Position numbers and translations under genes: made by a program
Shown: piece by piece, positions 56,675 through 64,000 of the stretch
Position numbering within the stretch: position 1 is the first letter of the stretch
How the letters are laid out: every line of letters begins with the position of its first letter
Source: an uncultured Acidimicrobiia bacterium
Lineage (GTDB): Bacteria; Acidobacteriota; Vicinamibacteria; Vicinamibacterales; UBA2999
Direction: 5' to 3'
DNA length: 64,000 nucleotides
NCBI GenBank assembly: GCA_963784445.1
Contig: CAWARO010000002.1
Span: 563,733-627,732, forward strand
Notes under the pieces: model-generated
Databases searched by the model: none
Told to the model about the DNA's origin: nothing
The model's input: the letters and a program-made list of their open reading frames with translations, nothing else

Positions 56675-56846
56675 AATAGCTGCCGAGCGATCCATGAAGC
56701 GGCACATTCCCACCACCTCGCCCTTCGTCCTGGCCACTGCGGCCGGGATTGCGATCGTTTTCTCCAACTAGCGAAAAAATTCGCTGCTCACTTGTTCCAG
56801 CCCCAGGTGCGCGGCACCTGTGCGTGGGCTGGTTGCAGGTGTGGTC

Positions 56847-58232
56847 ATGAAGCGTTGGTGGTCCCTCTTTCTTGAAGCGGTTCGCGGCTCCGACCGCGAT
56901 TACACGGTTGGTGCCGTCGGTCCGGCGCTCGTCATGCTCTCGGTGCCCATGGTCCTGGAAATGGCCATGGAGTCGCTGTTCGCCGTCGTCGACGTCTTTT
57001 ATGTGTCGCGCGTGAGCGCCGACGCCGTGGCCACGGTCGGCATTACCGAGTCGATGATGACCATCGTCTACACGGTGGCGTTGGGGCTCAGCATCGGCGC
57101 GATGGCGGTGGTGTCGCGCCGCGTCGGCGAAAAGGACGAGGACGGCGCCGCGCAGGCCGCGGCCCAGTCGGTTGCGCTCGGCCTCCTGGTGGCGCTCGCC
57201 GTTGGGCTCTTCGGTTTCTTCAACGCGGAGCGCTTGATGCGTGCCATGGGCGCAACGCCGTCGATGATCGCGTCGTCGCTGGGCTACACCCAGGTGATGT
57301 TCGCCGGCAATGCCACCGTGACGTTGCTGTTCCTCAACAACGCCATCTTTCGCGGCGCCGGCGATCCGGCCATCGCGATGCGCATGTTGTGGCTTGGCAA
57401 CGCGATCAATATCGTCGTATGCCCATTCTTGATCTTCGGCATCGGCCCGTTTCCGGAGATGGGGGTCACGGGCGCGGCGATCGGAACCAATATCGGCCGC
57501 GGTACGGCAGTGCTGATGCAATTGTGGATGCTCTGGTCGGGGCGGAGCCGCATTCACATTCGCCGTCGGCACGTCACCGTGATTCCGGCGGTGATGTGGA
57601 ACGTGTGCCGACTCAGTGGCTCGGGATTCATCCAGATCCTCATCGACACGTCGAGCTACATCGGCCTGGTGCGCATCATCTCGACGTTTGGCAGCGATGC
57701 GTTGGCCGGCTACACGATCGGCATCCGCACGGTGATCTTCGCGATCCTGCCGGCGTGGGGGCTCGCCAACGCCGCTGCGACGATGGTGGGGCAGGCGTTG
57801 GGCGCGAAGAAGCCCGATCGCGCCGAGCAAGCCGTGTGGACCGCGGGCCTGTACAACGCCGTTGTGCTGGGCGTGGTGAGCGTGTTCTTCATCGTGTTTG
57901 CGCCATGGATCGTGTCGATCTTCACGACCGACCCGAAGGTGGCGCCCTATGCCACGGCATGCTTGCGCATCGTGAGCACGGGATTCGTGTTCTTTGCTTA
58001 CGGCCTCGTGTTCACGCAGTCGTTCAACGGCGCCGGCGACACGTGGACGCCGACGTGGATCAATCTGGGCTGCTTCTGGGCGTGGCAGATCCCGTTGGCC
58101 TGGTTTCTCGCGATTCGTCTCGAGATGGGACCGATCGGCGTGTTCATCGCCATGACCGTGGCGTTTTCCACGCTGGCGGTCGTCAGCGGGGTTATCTTTA
58201 GACGAGGCTGGTGGAAAACACGGGTCGTATGA
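56847..58232 (+). CDS. MATE-family efflux transporter
   Basis: ATG 56847. Twelve TM helices with MATE-like blocks (LSVPMVLEMAMESLFAVVDVFYVS, GQALGAKKPDRA). The stop overlaps the trmFO ATG. Confidence 0.9.
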   Translation: MKRWWSLFLEAVRGSDRDYTVGAVGPALVMLSVPMVLEMAMESLFAVVDVFYVSRVSADAVATVGITESMMTIVYTVALGLSIGAMAVVSRRVGEKDEDGAAQAAAQSVALGLLVALAVGLFGFFNAERLMRAMGATPSMIASSLGYTQVMFAGNATVTLLFLNNAIFRGAGDPAIAMRMLWLGNAINIVVCPFLIFGIGPFPEMGVTGAAIGTNIGRGTAVLMQLWMLWSGRSRIHIRRRHVTVIPAVMWNVCRLSGSGFIQILIDTSSYIGLVRIISTFGSDALAGYTIGIRTVIFAILPAWGLANAAATMVGQALGAKKPDRAEQAVWTAGLYNAVVLGVVSVFFIVFAPWIVSIFTTDPKVAPYATACLRIVSTGFVFFAYGLVFTQSFNGAGDTWTPTWINLGCFWAWQIPLAWFLAIRLEMGPIGVFIAMTVAFSTLAVVSGVIFRRGWWKTRVV

Positions 58233-59608
58233 TTCACATCATCGGTGGCGGATTAGCGGGTTCTGAAGCGGCCTGGCAGGCGGCGGAACTGGGCGCAGAC
58301 GTGACGATTCACGAAATGCGCCCGGTCCGGCCGACCGCCGTGCACAAGACTGGTGCGCTTGCCGAGCTCGTGTGCAGCAATTCCTTCCGCGCCGACAAGA
58401 TCGATAACGCCGTCGGCTTGATCAAAGAAGAAATGCGGCGCCTGGGCTCGCTCGTGATGCGCGCCGCCGACGAGGCCCGCGTTCCGGCGGGTGCGGCGCT
58501 CGCGGTGGACCGTCACGTGTTCGCGCAGGCCGTGACCCGCGCGATCGAGGCGCATCCGCGCATCCGCCTCTCGCGTGACGAAGTGCTTGCCGTTCCCGGA
58601 CCGGAGTGGTCGCCGGTGATCATCGCCACCGGTCCGCTGACGTCGGATGCGTTGTCGAAAAGCATCCAGGACATGGTCGGCGAGGAACACCTGGCCTTCT
58701 ACGATGCGATTAGCCCGATCGTGCTCGCCGAATCGATCGACGTGTCGAAAGTCTTTCGCGCCTCTCGCTGGGGCCGGAACGTATGGAACCAGGGTGCGCA
58801 GGGTGCGCAGGGTGCACAGAGTGCGCAAGGTGAGAATGACGAAGGCGACTACTTGAATTGTCCGATGACCAGGGCCGAATACGATGCCTTCTATGCGGCG
58901 CTGATCGCGGCCGAGTCCGCCACGGTTCATGACTTCGATAACACGAAATTCTTCGAAGGCTGCCTCCCCATCGAGGTGATGGCGCATCGCGGCGAAGGCA
59001 CGCTGCGGTTCGGGCCCATGAAGCCGGTGGGCTTGAAGGATCCGCGAACCGGCCATCTGCCGTACGCGGTGGTGCAGCTGCGGCAAGACACGCTCGCCGG
59101 CGATCACTACAGCCTCGTCGGGTTCCAGACGCAGATCAAATGGGGCGACCAGGCTCGGGTCTTGAAGATGATTCCCGGCCTCGAGAACGCCGAGTTCGTT
59201 CGCTACGGCATGGTGCATCGCAACACCTATATCTGTGGACCGAGAGTGCTGCTGCCGACGTGGCAGACCCGGCACCGCGCGGATCTGCTGTTCGCCGGCC
59301 AAGTGTCGGGCGTCGAGGGTTACGTGGAATCGGCGGCCTCGGGGTTGATCGCCGGGCGTAACGCCGCGGCAATCGCCAAAGGCGAGGCGCCGCAGGCGCC
59401 GCCGCGCACCACCGCGATTGGCTCGCTGGGCTATTACGTGTCGCATGCCGACCCGAAGACGTATCAGCCGACCAACATCACCCACGGCATCATGCCGCCG
59501 CTGGATCAACCGCCGCGCGACAAGATGAAAAAGAAGCTGATGATCGCCGAACGCGCGTTGGCGGATCTCGATGCGTGGCGTGGCGCTTTCGTAGAGGCGG
59601 GACGTTAG
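58229..59608 (+). CDS. trmFO: Methylenetetrahydrofolate-tRNA-(uracil54-C5)-methyltransferase TrmFO
   Basis: MIHIIGGGLAGSEAAWQ is the FAD-binding fold. Other blocks are ELVCSNSFR, YLNCPM and FAGQVSGVEGYVESAASG. It carries an in-frame (GAQ)n insert. Confidence 0.9.
   Translation: MIHIIGGGLAGSEAAWQAAELGADVTIHEMRPVRPTAVHKTGALAELVCSNSFRADKIDNAVGLIKEEMRRLGSLVMRAADEARVPAGAALAVDRHVFAQAVTRAIEAHPRIRLSRDEVLAVPGPEWSPVIIATGPLTSDALSKSIQDMVGEEHLAFYDAISPIVLAESIDVSKVFRASRWGRNVWNQGAQGAQGAQSAQGENDEGDYLNCPMTRAEYDAFYAALIAAESATVHDFDNTKFFEGCLPIEVMAHRGEGTLRFGPMKPVGLKDPRTGHLPYAVVQLRQDTLAGDHYSLVGFQTQIKWGDQARVLKMIPGLENAEFVRYGMVHRNTYICGPRVLLPTWQTRHRADLLFAGQVSGVEGYVESAASGLIAGRNAAAIAKGEAPQAPPRTTAIGSLGYYVSHADPKTYQPTNITHGIMPPLDQPPRDKMKKKLMIAERALADLDAWRGAFVEAGR
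58793..58828. repeat. 9-nt tandem repeat x4 (GGTGCGCAG) in frame inside trmFO
   Basis: ggtgcgcag ggtgcgcag ggtgcacag agtgcgcaa encodes GAQGAQGAQSAQ. It is the reverse complement of the 61972-62043 unit. Confidence 0.85.
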
Positions 59609-59639
59609 TCCCGCCAACTGCGTACCGCCCTGGCCCGAC

Positions 59640-60593
59640 ATGCGCGAGCACCTCAAATCTTTTCTCGCCTTCCTCAAGCACAATCGCCACGTGTCGCCGC
59701 ACACCTTACGCGCCTATGAGAGCGACGTCACGCAATACCTCGCGTGGGTGGCGGGCGAAACCGGCAAGAAGATGTCGGCGCTCGAGGCCGCCGATCTCGA
59801 CATGCTGTCAGCACGGTCGCATCTCACGGCACTGAACAAGGCGGGCAAGGCCCGCTCATCCGTTGCGCGGAAACTGTCGGCGCTGAAGACGTTCGTCCGC
59901 TATCTGCGCCGTGAAGATCTGATCGAGCACGATCCCACCGCGATGGCGGTTGCGCCCAAGCGCGATCAGACGATCCCCGTCTTCCTGAGCGAACAGGAGA
60001 TCACCCGGCTGATCGAAACGCCCAACACCGGCGATCCGTTGGGCCGGCGCGACCGGGCCATTCTCGAGCTGTTCTACGCCTCAGGGCTGCGGTTGAGCGA
60101 GCTGGTCGCCGTGGACATGGAAGACCTCAACCTGAGCGGGCGCATGGTGCGGGTCATGGGCAAGGGACGCAAGGAACGCTTGCTGCCATTCAATCAGAGC
60201 GCCGCCGACGCGATCCGCGCGTGGATGAAAGACCGTACCCTGATCCTTGCATCACGCAGATCACGGCCGGTCTCGCCGAAGCGCCCGAAGGGCGCGAAGG
60301 CGGACGACCCGCTGTTCATCAACTATCGCGGGACCCGCCTGACCGATCGCAGCGTCGATCGCCTGCTGAGGAAATACGTCGCGCAGTGCAGCACCCGGAT
60401 GGGCATCAGCCCGCACGCGTTGCGCCACTCGTTTGCCACGCACCTGCTGCAACGCGGCGCCGACCTTCGCGCCATCCAGGAACTGCTGGGCCACGCCGCG
60501 CTGAGCACCACGCAACGCTACACGCACGTCAACGCCGCGCAATTGATCGAGGTGTATCGCAAATCGCATCCACGTGCCGTCAAGAGCGGGTAG
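59640..60593 (+). CDS. xerC: Tyrosine recombinase XerC/XerD
   Basis: Motifs include RDRAILELFYASGLRLSEL, HALRHSFATHLLQRGADLRAIQELLGH and STTQRYTH (catalytic Tyr). The housekeeping context is topA-trmFO-xerC. Confidence 0.9.
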   Translation: MREHLKSFLAFLKHNRHVSPHTLRAYESDVTQYLAWVAGETGKKMSALEAADLDMLSARSHLTALNKAGKARSSVARKLSALKTFVRYLRREDLIEHDPTAMAVAPKRDQTIPVFLSEQEITRLIETPNTGDPLGRRDRAILELFYASGLRLSELVAVDMEDLNLSGRMVRVMGKGRKERLLPFNQSAADAIRAWMKDRTLILASRRSRPVSPKRPKGAKADDPLFINYRGTRLTDRSVDRLLRKYVAQCSTRMGISPHALRHSFATHLLQRGADLRAIQELLGHAALSTTQRYTHVNAAQLIEVYRKSHPRAVKSG

Positions 60594-60606
60594 AATAGAC
60601 GGCGAC

Positions 60607-61971
60607 TTGCTCCGTTTCGCGATAGTCACGATCCTCCTGAGCGCCTCCGCAGCCTTCGCGCAGCAGCCCTCACCCGATCCGGCGCCCAATGACGCGCCGG
60701 TTGATCTCTTCGGCTTCACCTTCAACCAGAGCGAGCGGTTGCGGTTTGGCGGAGAACTCATGTTCGGCTGGTCGCATGATGGCGCGCAGGCCGCGCTGGG
60801 CTTCGAGAAGCAGGGCCGCGTCGGCTGGGCGATCCTCAGCGTCAGCGGCCGTGTTTCCGATCGCGTCAGATATTACGTGTCGGTGAATCCCGTCAACGAA
60901 ACGGCGTCACGGCCGGCGTGTGGCGAGAAGGACTTTTTCTTCCCCAACGACCCCAACCTCTTCGCCGGTACCGGACCCATCGTGAAGTGCGACGAAGAGG
61001 ACGGCCTCAAACGCGTCGACACCTACAACACGTTTTCCCTCGACTACATCAACCAGCAGGGCCTCCTGCGCGAGGGCTACATCGACGTCGGCATTTCCAA
61101 CAACGTCTCGCTGCGCGGCGGCCGCTTCATTTTGCCGATCGGGTTGGCACCCCGTGAAGTTGGCGCGACCAGCGCCAAGGACATGGCGCGCATCACGCGG
61201 ATCAATGCCGAAGCCAACTTCGGCGCGATGCTCGCGTTCACCAAGCGCAACGCGGATCGGGCGATTTTCGACGCCGGCATCATGGCCGTGCTCGGCGACG
61301 GCAATCGCGAGAAGGATTACGACTGGTTCTATTTCGTCAACACGTCGCTCGACACCAACAGCGCCATCACCGTGGTCGCCTCGGCGCGCATTGCGCCCGT
61401 CAACGCGTTCGAGCTGCGCGCCGCCTACAAGAAGGGCTACACCGGCTCGAAAGTCGAGCGGCTGCCAAGTTACTGGGCGTCGAAGCGCAATGACGATGCG
61501 ATTGTGGGGAGCCTGAAGGTTACGCCGGTGTCGTGGGCGTCGATCTTCGCCGAGTACGCCCATTACCAGTGGGGGCCGACGCTGACCTCCGGTGAATTGG
61601 TCGGTATTCCGGCGATCGAGCCGATCGACAAGACCGGGTATTACATGGGCGGGCAGCTCAATGTCCCGGTCTCATCGCGCGTGCGGGTTGGCGGCAGCAT
61701 CACCCGCGAGGAACTGCTGCGCGACGACAGCCTGATCCAATACCTGTCGCTGAACAATTTATACGGCGTGGAGATGGGAAAGAAGGACCGCGCGTTGATC
61801 GTGCGCGGCTTCGTCGACGTCAACCGCCTCGTGAACGTCAGCTTCTTCTGGGTGGACGTCTCGAATCCGTATCCGTGGGTGAGTGGCAGCTGGCCGGTGG
61901 CCGGCCCCACGGCCTTCACTGGCCGCGCCCCGGATCGCGTCGGCGTGACCGTGACAGTGCGAACTCCTTAG
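60607..61971 (+). CDS. Hypothetical secreted protein, possibly an outer-membrane beta-barrel
   Basis: TTG 60607 gives the signal peptide (M)LRFAIVTILLSASAAFAQQ. The sequence is beta-rich with alternating hydrophobic pattern. The ORF-track GTG 60574 overlaps xerC. Confidence 0.55.
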   Translation: MLRFAIVTILLSASAAFAQQPSPDPAPNDAPVDLFGFTFNQSERLRFGGELMFGWSHDGAQAALGFEKQGRVGWAILSVSGRVSDRVRYYVSVNPVNETASRPACGEKDFFFPNDPNLFAGTGPIVKCDEEDGLKRVDTYNTFSLDYINQQGLLREGYIDVGISNNVSLRGGRFILPIGLAPREVGATSAKDMARITRINAEANFGAMLAFTKRNADRAIFDAGIMAVLGDGNREKDYDWFYFVNTSLDTNSAITVVASARIAPVNAFELRAAYKKGYTGSKVERLPSYWASKRNDDAIVGSLKVTPVSWASIFAEYAHYQWGPTLTSGELVGIPAIEPIDKTGYYMGGQLNVPVSSRVRVGGSITREELLRDDSLIQYLSLNNLYGVEMGKKDRALIVRGFVDVNRLVNVSFFWVDVSNPYPWVSGSWPVAGPTAFTGRAPDRVGVTVTVRTP

Positions 61972-62043
61972 GCACTCTGCGCACTTTGCGCACCCTGCGC
62001 ACTCTGCGCACTTCGTGCACTCTGTGCACCCTGCGCACCCTGG
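61972..62043. repeat. 9-nt tandem repeat x8 (GCACYYTGC) immediately after a stop codon
   Basis: gcactctgc gcactttgc gcaccctgc gcactctgc gcacttcgt gcactctgt gcaccctgc gcaccctgg. The array starts one base after TAG (61969-61971). Confidence 0.9.
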
Positions 62044-62070
62044 TTCTTAAGGTATATTGGCGCCGCACTA

Positions 62071-64000
62071 ATGGTGCAGTCCCCGCCGGCATTCACCCGC
62101 TTCATCTGGCTTTTCACGCTGGCGGCAATCGCAGTGGTGGCCACGCTCAGCGTGGTGATCTATCAAACCGCCGCAAGCGAAACCGTCGCGCAGCACTCCA
62201 GCCAGCAACTGGCCATGGTGCGGACCGCTGCCGTGGCCGTGGAGGCGGAGATTCGATCGATGTCCGCGCAGCTGCGACAGTTCAACAGCCTGCCCAGCGT
62301 GCAGGTTATCGATCCGGTGCTCAACCAGCGCGTGCACGCTGCTTTCGGTGTGCAGCCGAACTCGCTTATCAACCTGATCGTCCGGGCCGACGCCACAGGC
62401 CGACTACATCACTGGATGCCGGACGGGACACAGACAGCGCGAGGGGAATCGGTCTATCTCGATCAGGAACTCTGGCAGTGGGCGTCAAATCGAGCGAACG
62501 TCAATCAGATTCGTGTGATTCACGGGTGGGCCAACAGCGTCCCATCCAGGCGCGCGCTCGTGGTGCCCGTGTGGCGCACGGCTCCCAGTGCGGAAACGCC
62601 GAATCCGTCCAACGATTTCAACGGCGTGCTGGCGCTGGTCATCGACCTGAACCGCTTCGTCGAGGTCTACCTCGGCCCGGCGATTGACGATCTCGCCGGC
62701 AATCAGTTCGTCGTCGGCCTGGCCACGCCGACCTACGGCGTGCTGATGCGTCCAGGCAGGTCCGGGGTGACGCCGGCCGCCGCTGACGCGCATAACCACG
62801 CCGAGGCGCAAGGCACGTCGATTCTCGACGACGAGGGTGGCCGCCGCGTGCATGCGTGGGCGAAGTTGAACGCCGCCAACGAAACCTGGATGGTCGCATC
62901 GTCGGCGAGCTACGACCTGGTGGCGGCGCAGATCCAACGGTCGGTGTTGAGCCAGCTGGCGCTGTCGGCTGCCCTGCTGGTGGCGGTGCCGATTGTCGGG
63001 TTTCTCCTCGCGCGGCGCGAACGGCGCGCCCAGGACGAGCAGCGCCGGCTCGAACGGCAGCTGGCCGAGTCCCAGAAGATGGAAGCGATCGGCAAGCTCG
63101 CCGGTGGTGTTGCGCACGACTTCAACAACATGCTCACGGCGATCCTCGGCTACGCCAGCATGATCTACGAGGACGCGGGTCCGAAGTCGCCGATCCAGCA
63201 GCAGGCGCTGCAGATTCGGAAGGCCGCCGAGAGTGCGGCGACGTTGACCCAGAAGCTGCTGGCCTTCAGCCGTAAGCAGGTGCTGCAAGCCAACCAGGTC
63301 GACGTCGCGTCGGTGCTTGACAGCCTGGTGGCGCTGATTCGCCGCGTGATCGGCGAGAACATCACCGTGACCACGCACGCGGACGACAACTTGTGGCCGA
63401 TCCTCGCCGACCCCGTTCAGGTAGAGCAGTCGCTCGTCAACCTCGCGATCAACGCGCGCGACGCGATGCCCAACGGCGGCACGCTGCAGATCACCGCGCG
63501 CAACGCCCCGCGCCCCAAGGGTGAACGTCGTCCCGACGGTGAAGTGAAGCCTGGCGATTACGTGCAGATCACCGTGACCGACACCGGCATCGGCATGGAC
63601 GAAGTAACGCGCACGCGGATGTTCGAACCGTTCTTTACGACCAAGCCACAAGGGCAAGGCACCGGGCTCGGGCTGTCCACGGTGTACGGATTCGTGCGCC
63701 AGTGCGGCGGCTCGATCGGCGTGCTCTCGACGCCGGGGAAAGGCACGTCGATCGAATTGCTGCTGCCGCGCGCGGCCGGTGCTGCGGCCACGCCCAAATC
63801 GCGCCGTCCCTCTGAGGATGCGAGGCGGGGCACGGAAACAGTGCTCGTCGCGGAAGACGAAGAGGCTGTGCGAGCACTGGCCGTCCAGTCGCTCGAAAGG
63901 AGCGGCTATCAGGTGATCTCCTCGCCGAGCGGCGAAGAGGCGCTCAGGCTCGCCAGTACCTTTGACGGCACCATCCACCTGCTGTTGACGGATGTGGTGA
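62071..64000 (+). CDS. Hybrid sensor histidine kinase/response regulator (3' end off-window; absent from ORF track)
   Basis: I translated the frame by hand from ATG 62071 and found no stop up to 64000. TM1 is FIWLFTLAAIAVVATLSVVIY. An extracytoplasmic domain of ~270 aa (Cache-like guess) precedes TM2. The H-box is GGVAHDFNNMLTAILGY, the N-box NLAINARDAM, G1 DTGIGMD and G2 GTGLGLS. A receiver domain starts at TVLVAEDEEAV...LLLTDVV. Confidence 0.85.
   Translation, partial: MVQSPPAFTRFIWLFTLAAIAVVATLSVVIYQTAASETVAQHSSQQLAMVRTAAVAVEAEIRSMSAQLRQFNSLPSVQVIDPVLNQRVHAAFGVQPNSLINLIVRADATGRLHHWMPDGTQTARGESVYLDQELWQWASNRANVNQIRVIHGWANSVPSRRALVVPVWRTAPSAETPNPSNDFNGVLALVIDLNRFVEVYLGPAIDDLAGNQFVVGLATPTYGVLMRPGRSGVTPAAADAHNHAEAQGTSILDDEGGRRVHAWAKLNAANETWMVASSASYDLVAAQIQRSVLSQLALSAALLVAVPIVGFLLARRERRAQDEQRRLERQLAESQKMEAIGKLAGGVAHDFNNMLTAILGYASMIYEDAGPKSPIQQQALQIRKAAESAATLTQKLLAFSRKQVLQANQVDVASVLDSLVALIRRVIGENITVTTHADDNLWPILADPVQVEQSLVNLAINARDAMPNGGTLQITARNAPRPKGERRPDGEVKPGDYVQITVTDTGIGMDEVTRTRMFEPFFTTKPQGQGTGLGLSTVYGFVRQCGGSIGVLSTPGKGTSIELLLPRAAGAAATPKSRRPSEDARRGTETVLVAEDEEAVRALAVQSLERSGYQVISSPSGEEALRLASTFDGTIHLLLTDVV

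Noticed and set aside
56693-56770. 25-codon ORF MKRHIPTTSPFVLATAAGIAIVFSN between topA and the MATE gene
   Set aside because: A hydrophobic mini-protein is conceivable. However, it has no RBS, is very short, and I have no comparative support.
56797-56832. Nested stem-loop ccagcccc aggtgc gcg gcacct gtgcgt gggctgg upstream of the MATE gene
   Set aside because: It is imperfect and has no U-tract. It could equally be chance GC-rich self-complementarity.
59596-59615. Hairpin ggcgggac-gtta-gtcccgcc overlapping the trmFO stop
   Set aside because: The 8-bp stem has no following U-tract and lies 25 nt before xerC. The evidence is insufficient to call it a terminator or attenuator.
59640-60593. Tyrosine recombinase as a marker of an integrated mobile element
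   Set aside because: It has XerC/D-type motifs and sits in the conserved topA-trmFO-xerC housekeeping context. There are no flanking phage or transposon genes and no att-like repeats.
5630-62043. Whether the tandem arrays (7-, 9- and 24-nt units) could be CRISPR arrays
   Set aside because: The units are far too short and are contiguous, without unique spacers. No cas genes are present.
62485-63978. 497-aa minus-strand ORF
   Set aside because: It is antisense to the histidine kinase frame that carries H, N, G1 and G2 boxes.

Overview
High-GC (about 65-70% by eye) bacterial chromosomal segment. All calls come from reading the sequence and the ORF track and from recalled family motifs; no searches were run. 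The gene content suggests an Acidobacteriota-type genome: a VWFA-related acidobacterial module, CarboxypepD_reg-type TonB receptors and PD40 propellers. This is inference only. I support about 58 protein-coding genes and see no rRNA, tRNA, CRISPR array, transposase or prophage. Bases 1-46,200 carry envelope, redox and accessory genes. These include two giant TonB-type receptors, an M19 dipeptidase, a MoxR/VWA (Bat-like) cluster, a Tat-signal amidohydrolase operon and CHRD plus a cytochrome-c/PQQ propeller. They also include a lower-GC islet with a B3 metallo-beta-lactamase, a kinase-like/tetraheme-cytochrome/permease operon and a DUF2339-DUF3999 pair. The last unit in this part is a 7-gene minus-strand cluster: ECF sigma, STAS, 91-aa ORF, permuted radical-SAM, DUF1028, DUF2723 and sulfatase. 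Bases 46,300-62,000 are housekeeping: lysA-tmk, comF-rsfS-nadD-obgE-rpmA-rplU, and dprA-topA-(MATE)-trmFO-xerC. A hybrid sensor kinase starts at 62071 and runs off the right edge; it is missing from the ORF track because it has no in-window stop. Most worth a second look: (1) the sigma/STAS/radical-SAM/sulfatase cluster, whose radical-SAM has an N-terminal SPASM-like domain and a CX3CX4C spacing where CX3CX2C is expected. (2) A membrane-anchored protein-kinase-like ORF translationally coupled to a tetraheme cytochrome c. (3) Three families of short repeats (7-nt GGGATCC-type, 9-nt GCACYYTGC-type, 24-nt) that occur both between genes and in frame inside genes. (4) At least nine frame breaks in otherwise well-conserved genes, including ribosomal protein L27. 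These look like assembly indels rather than biology and affect how every call here should be read.
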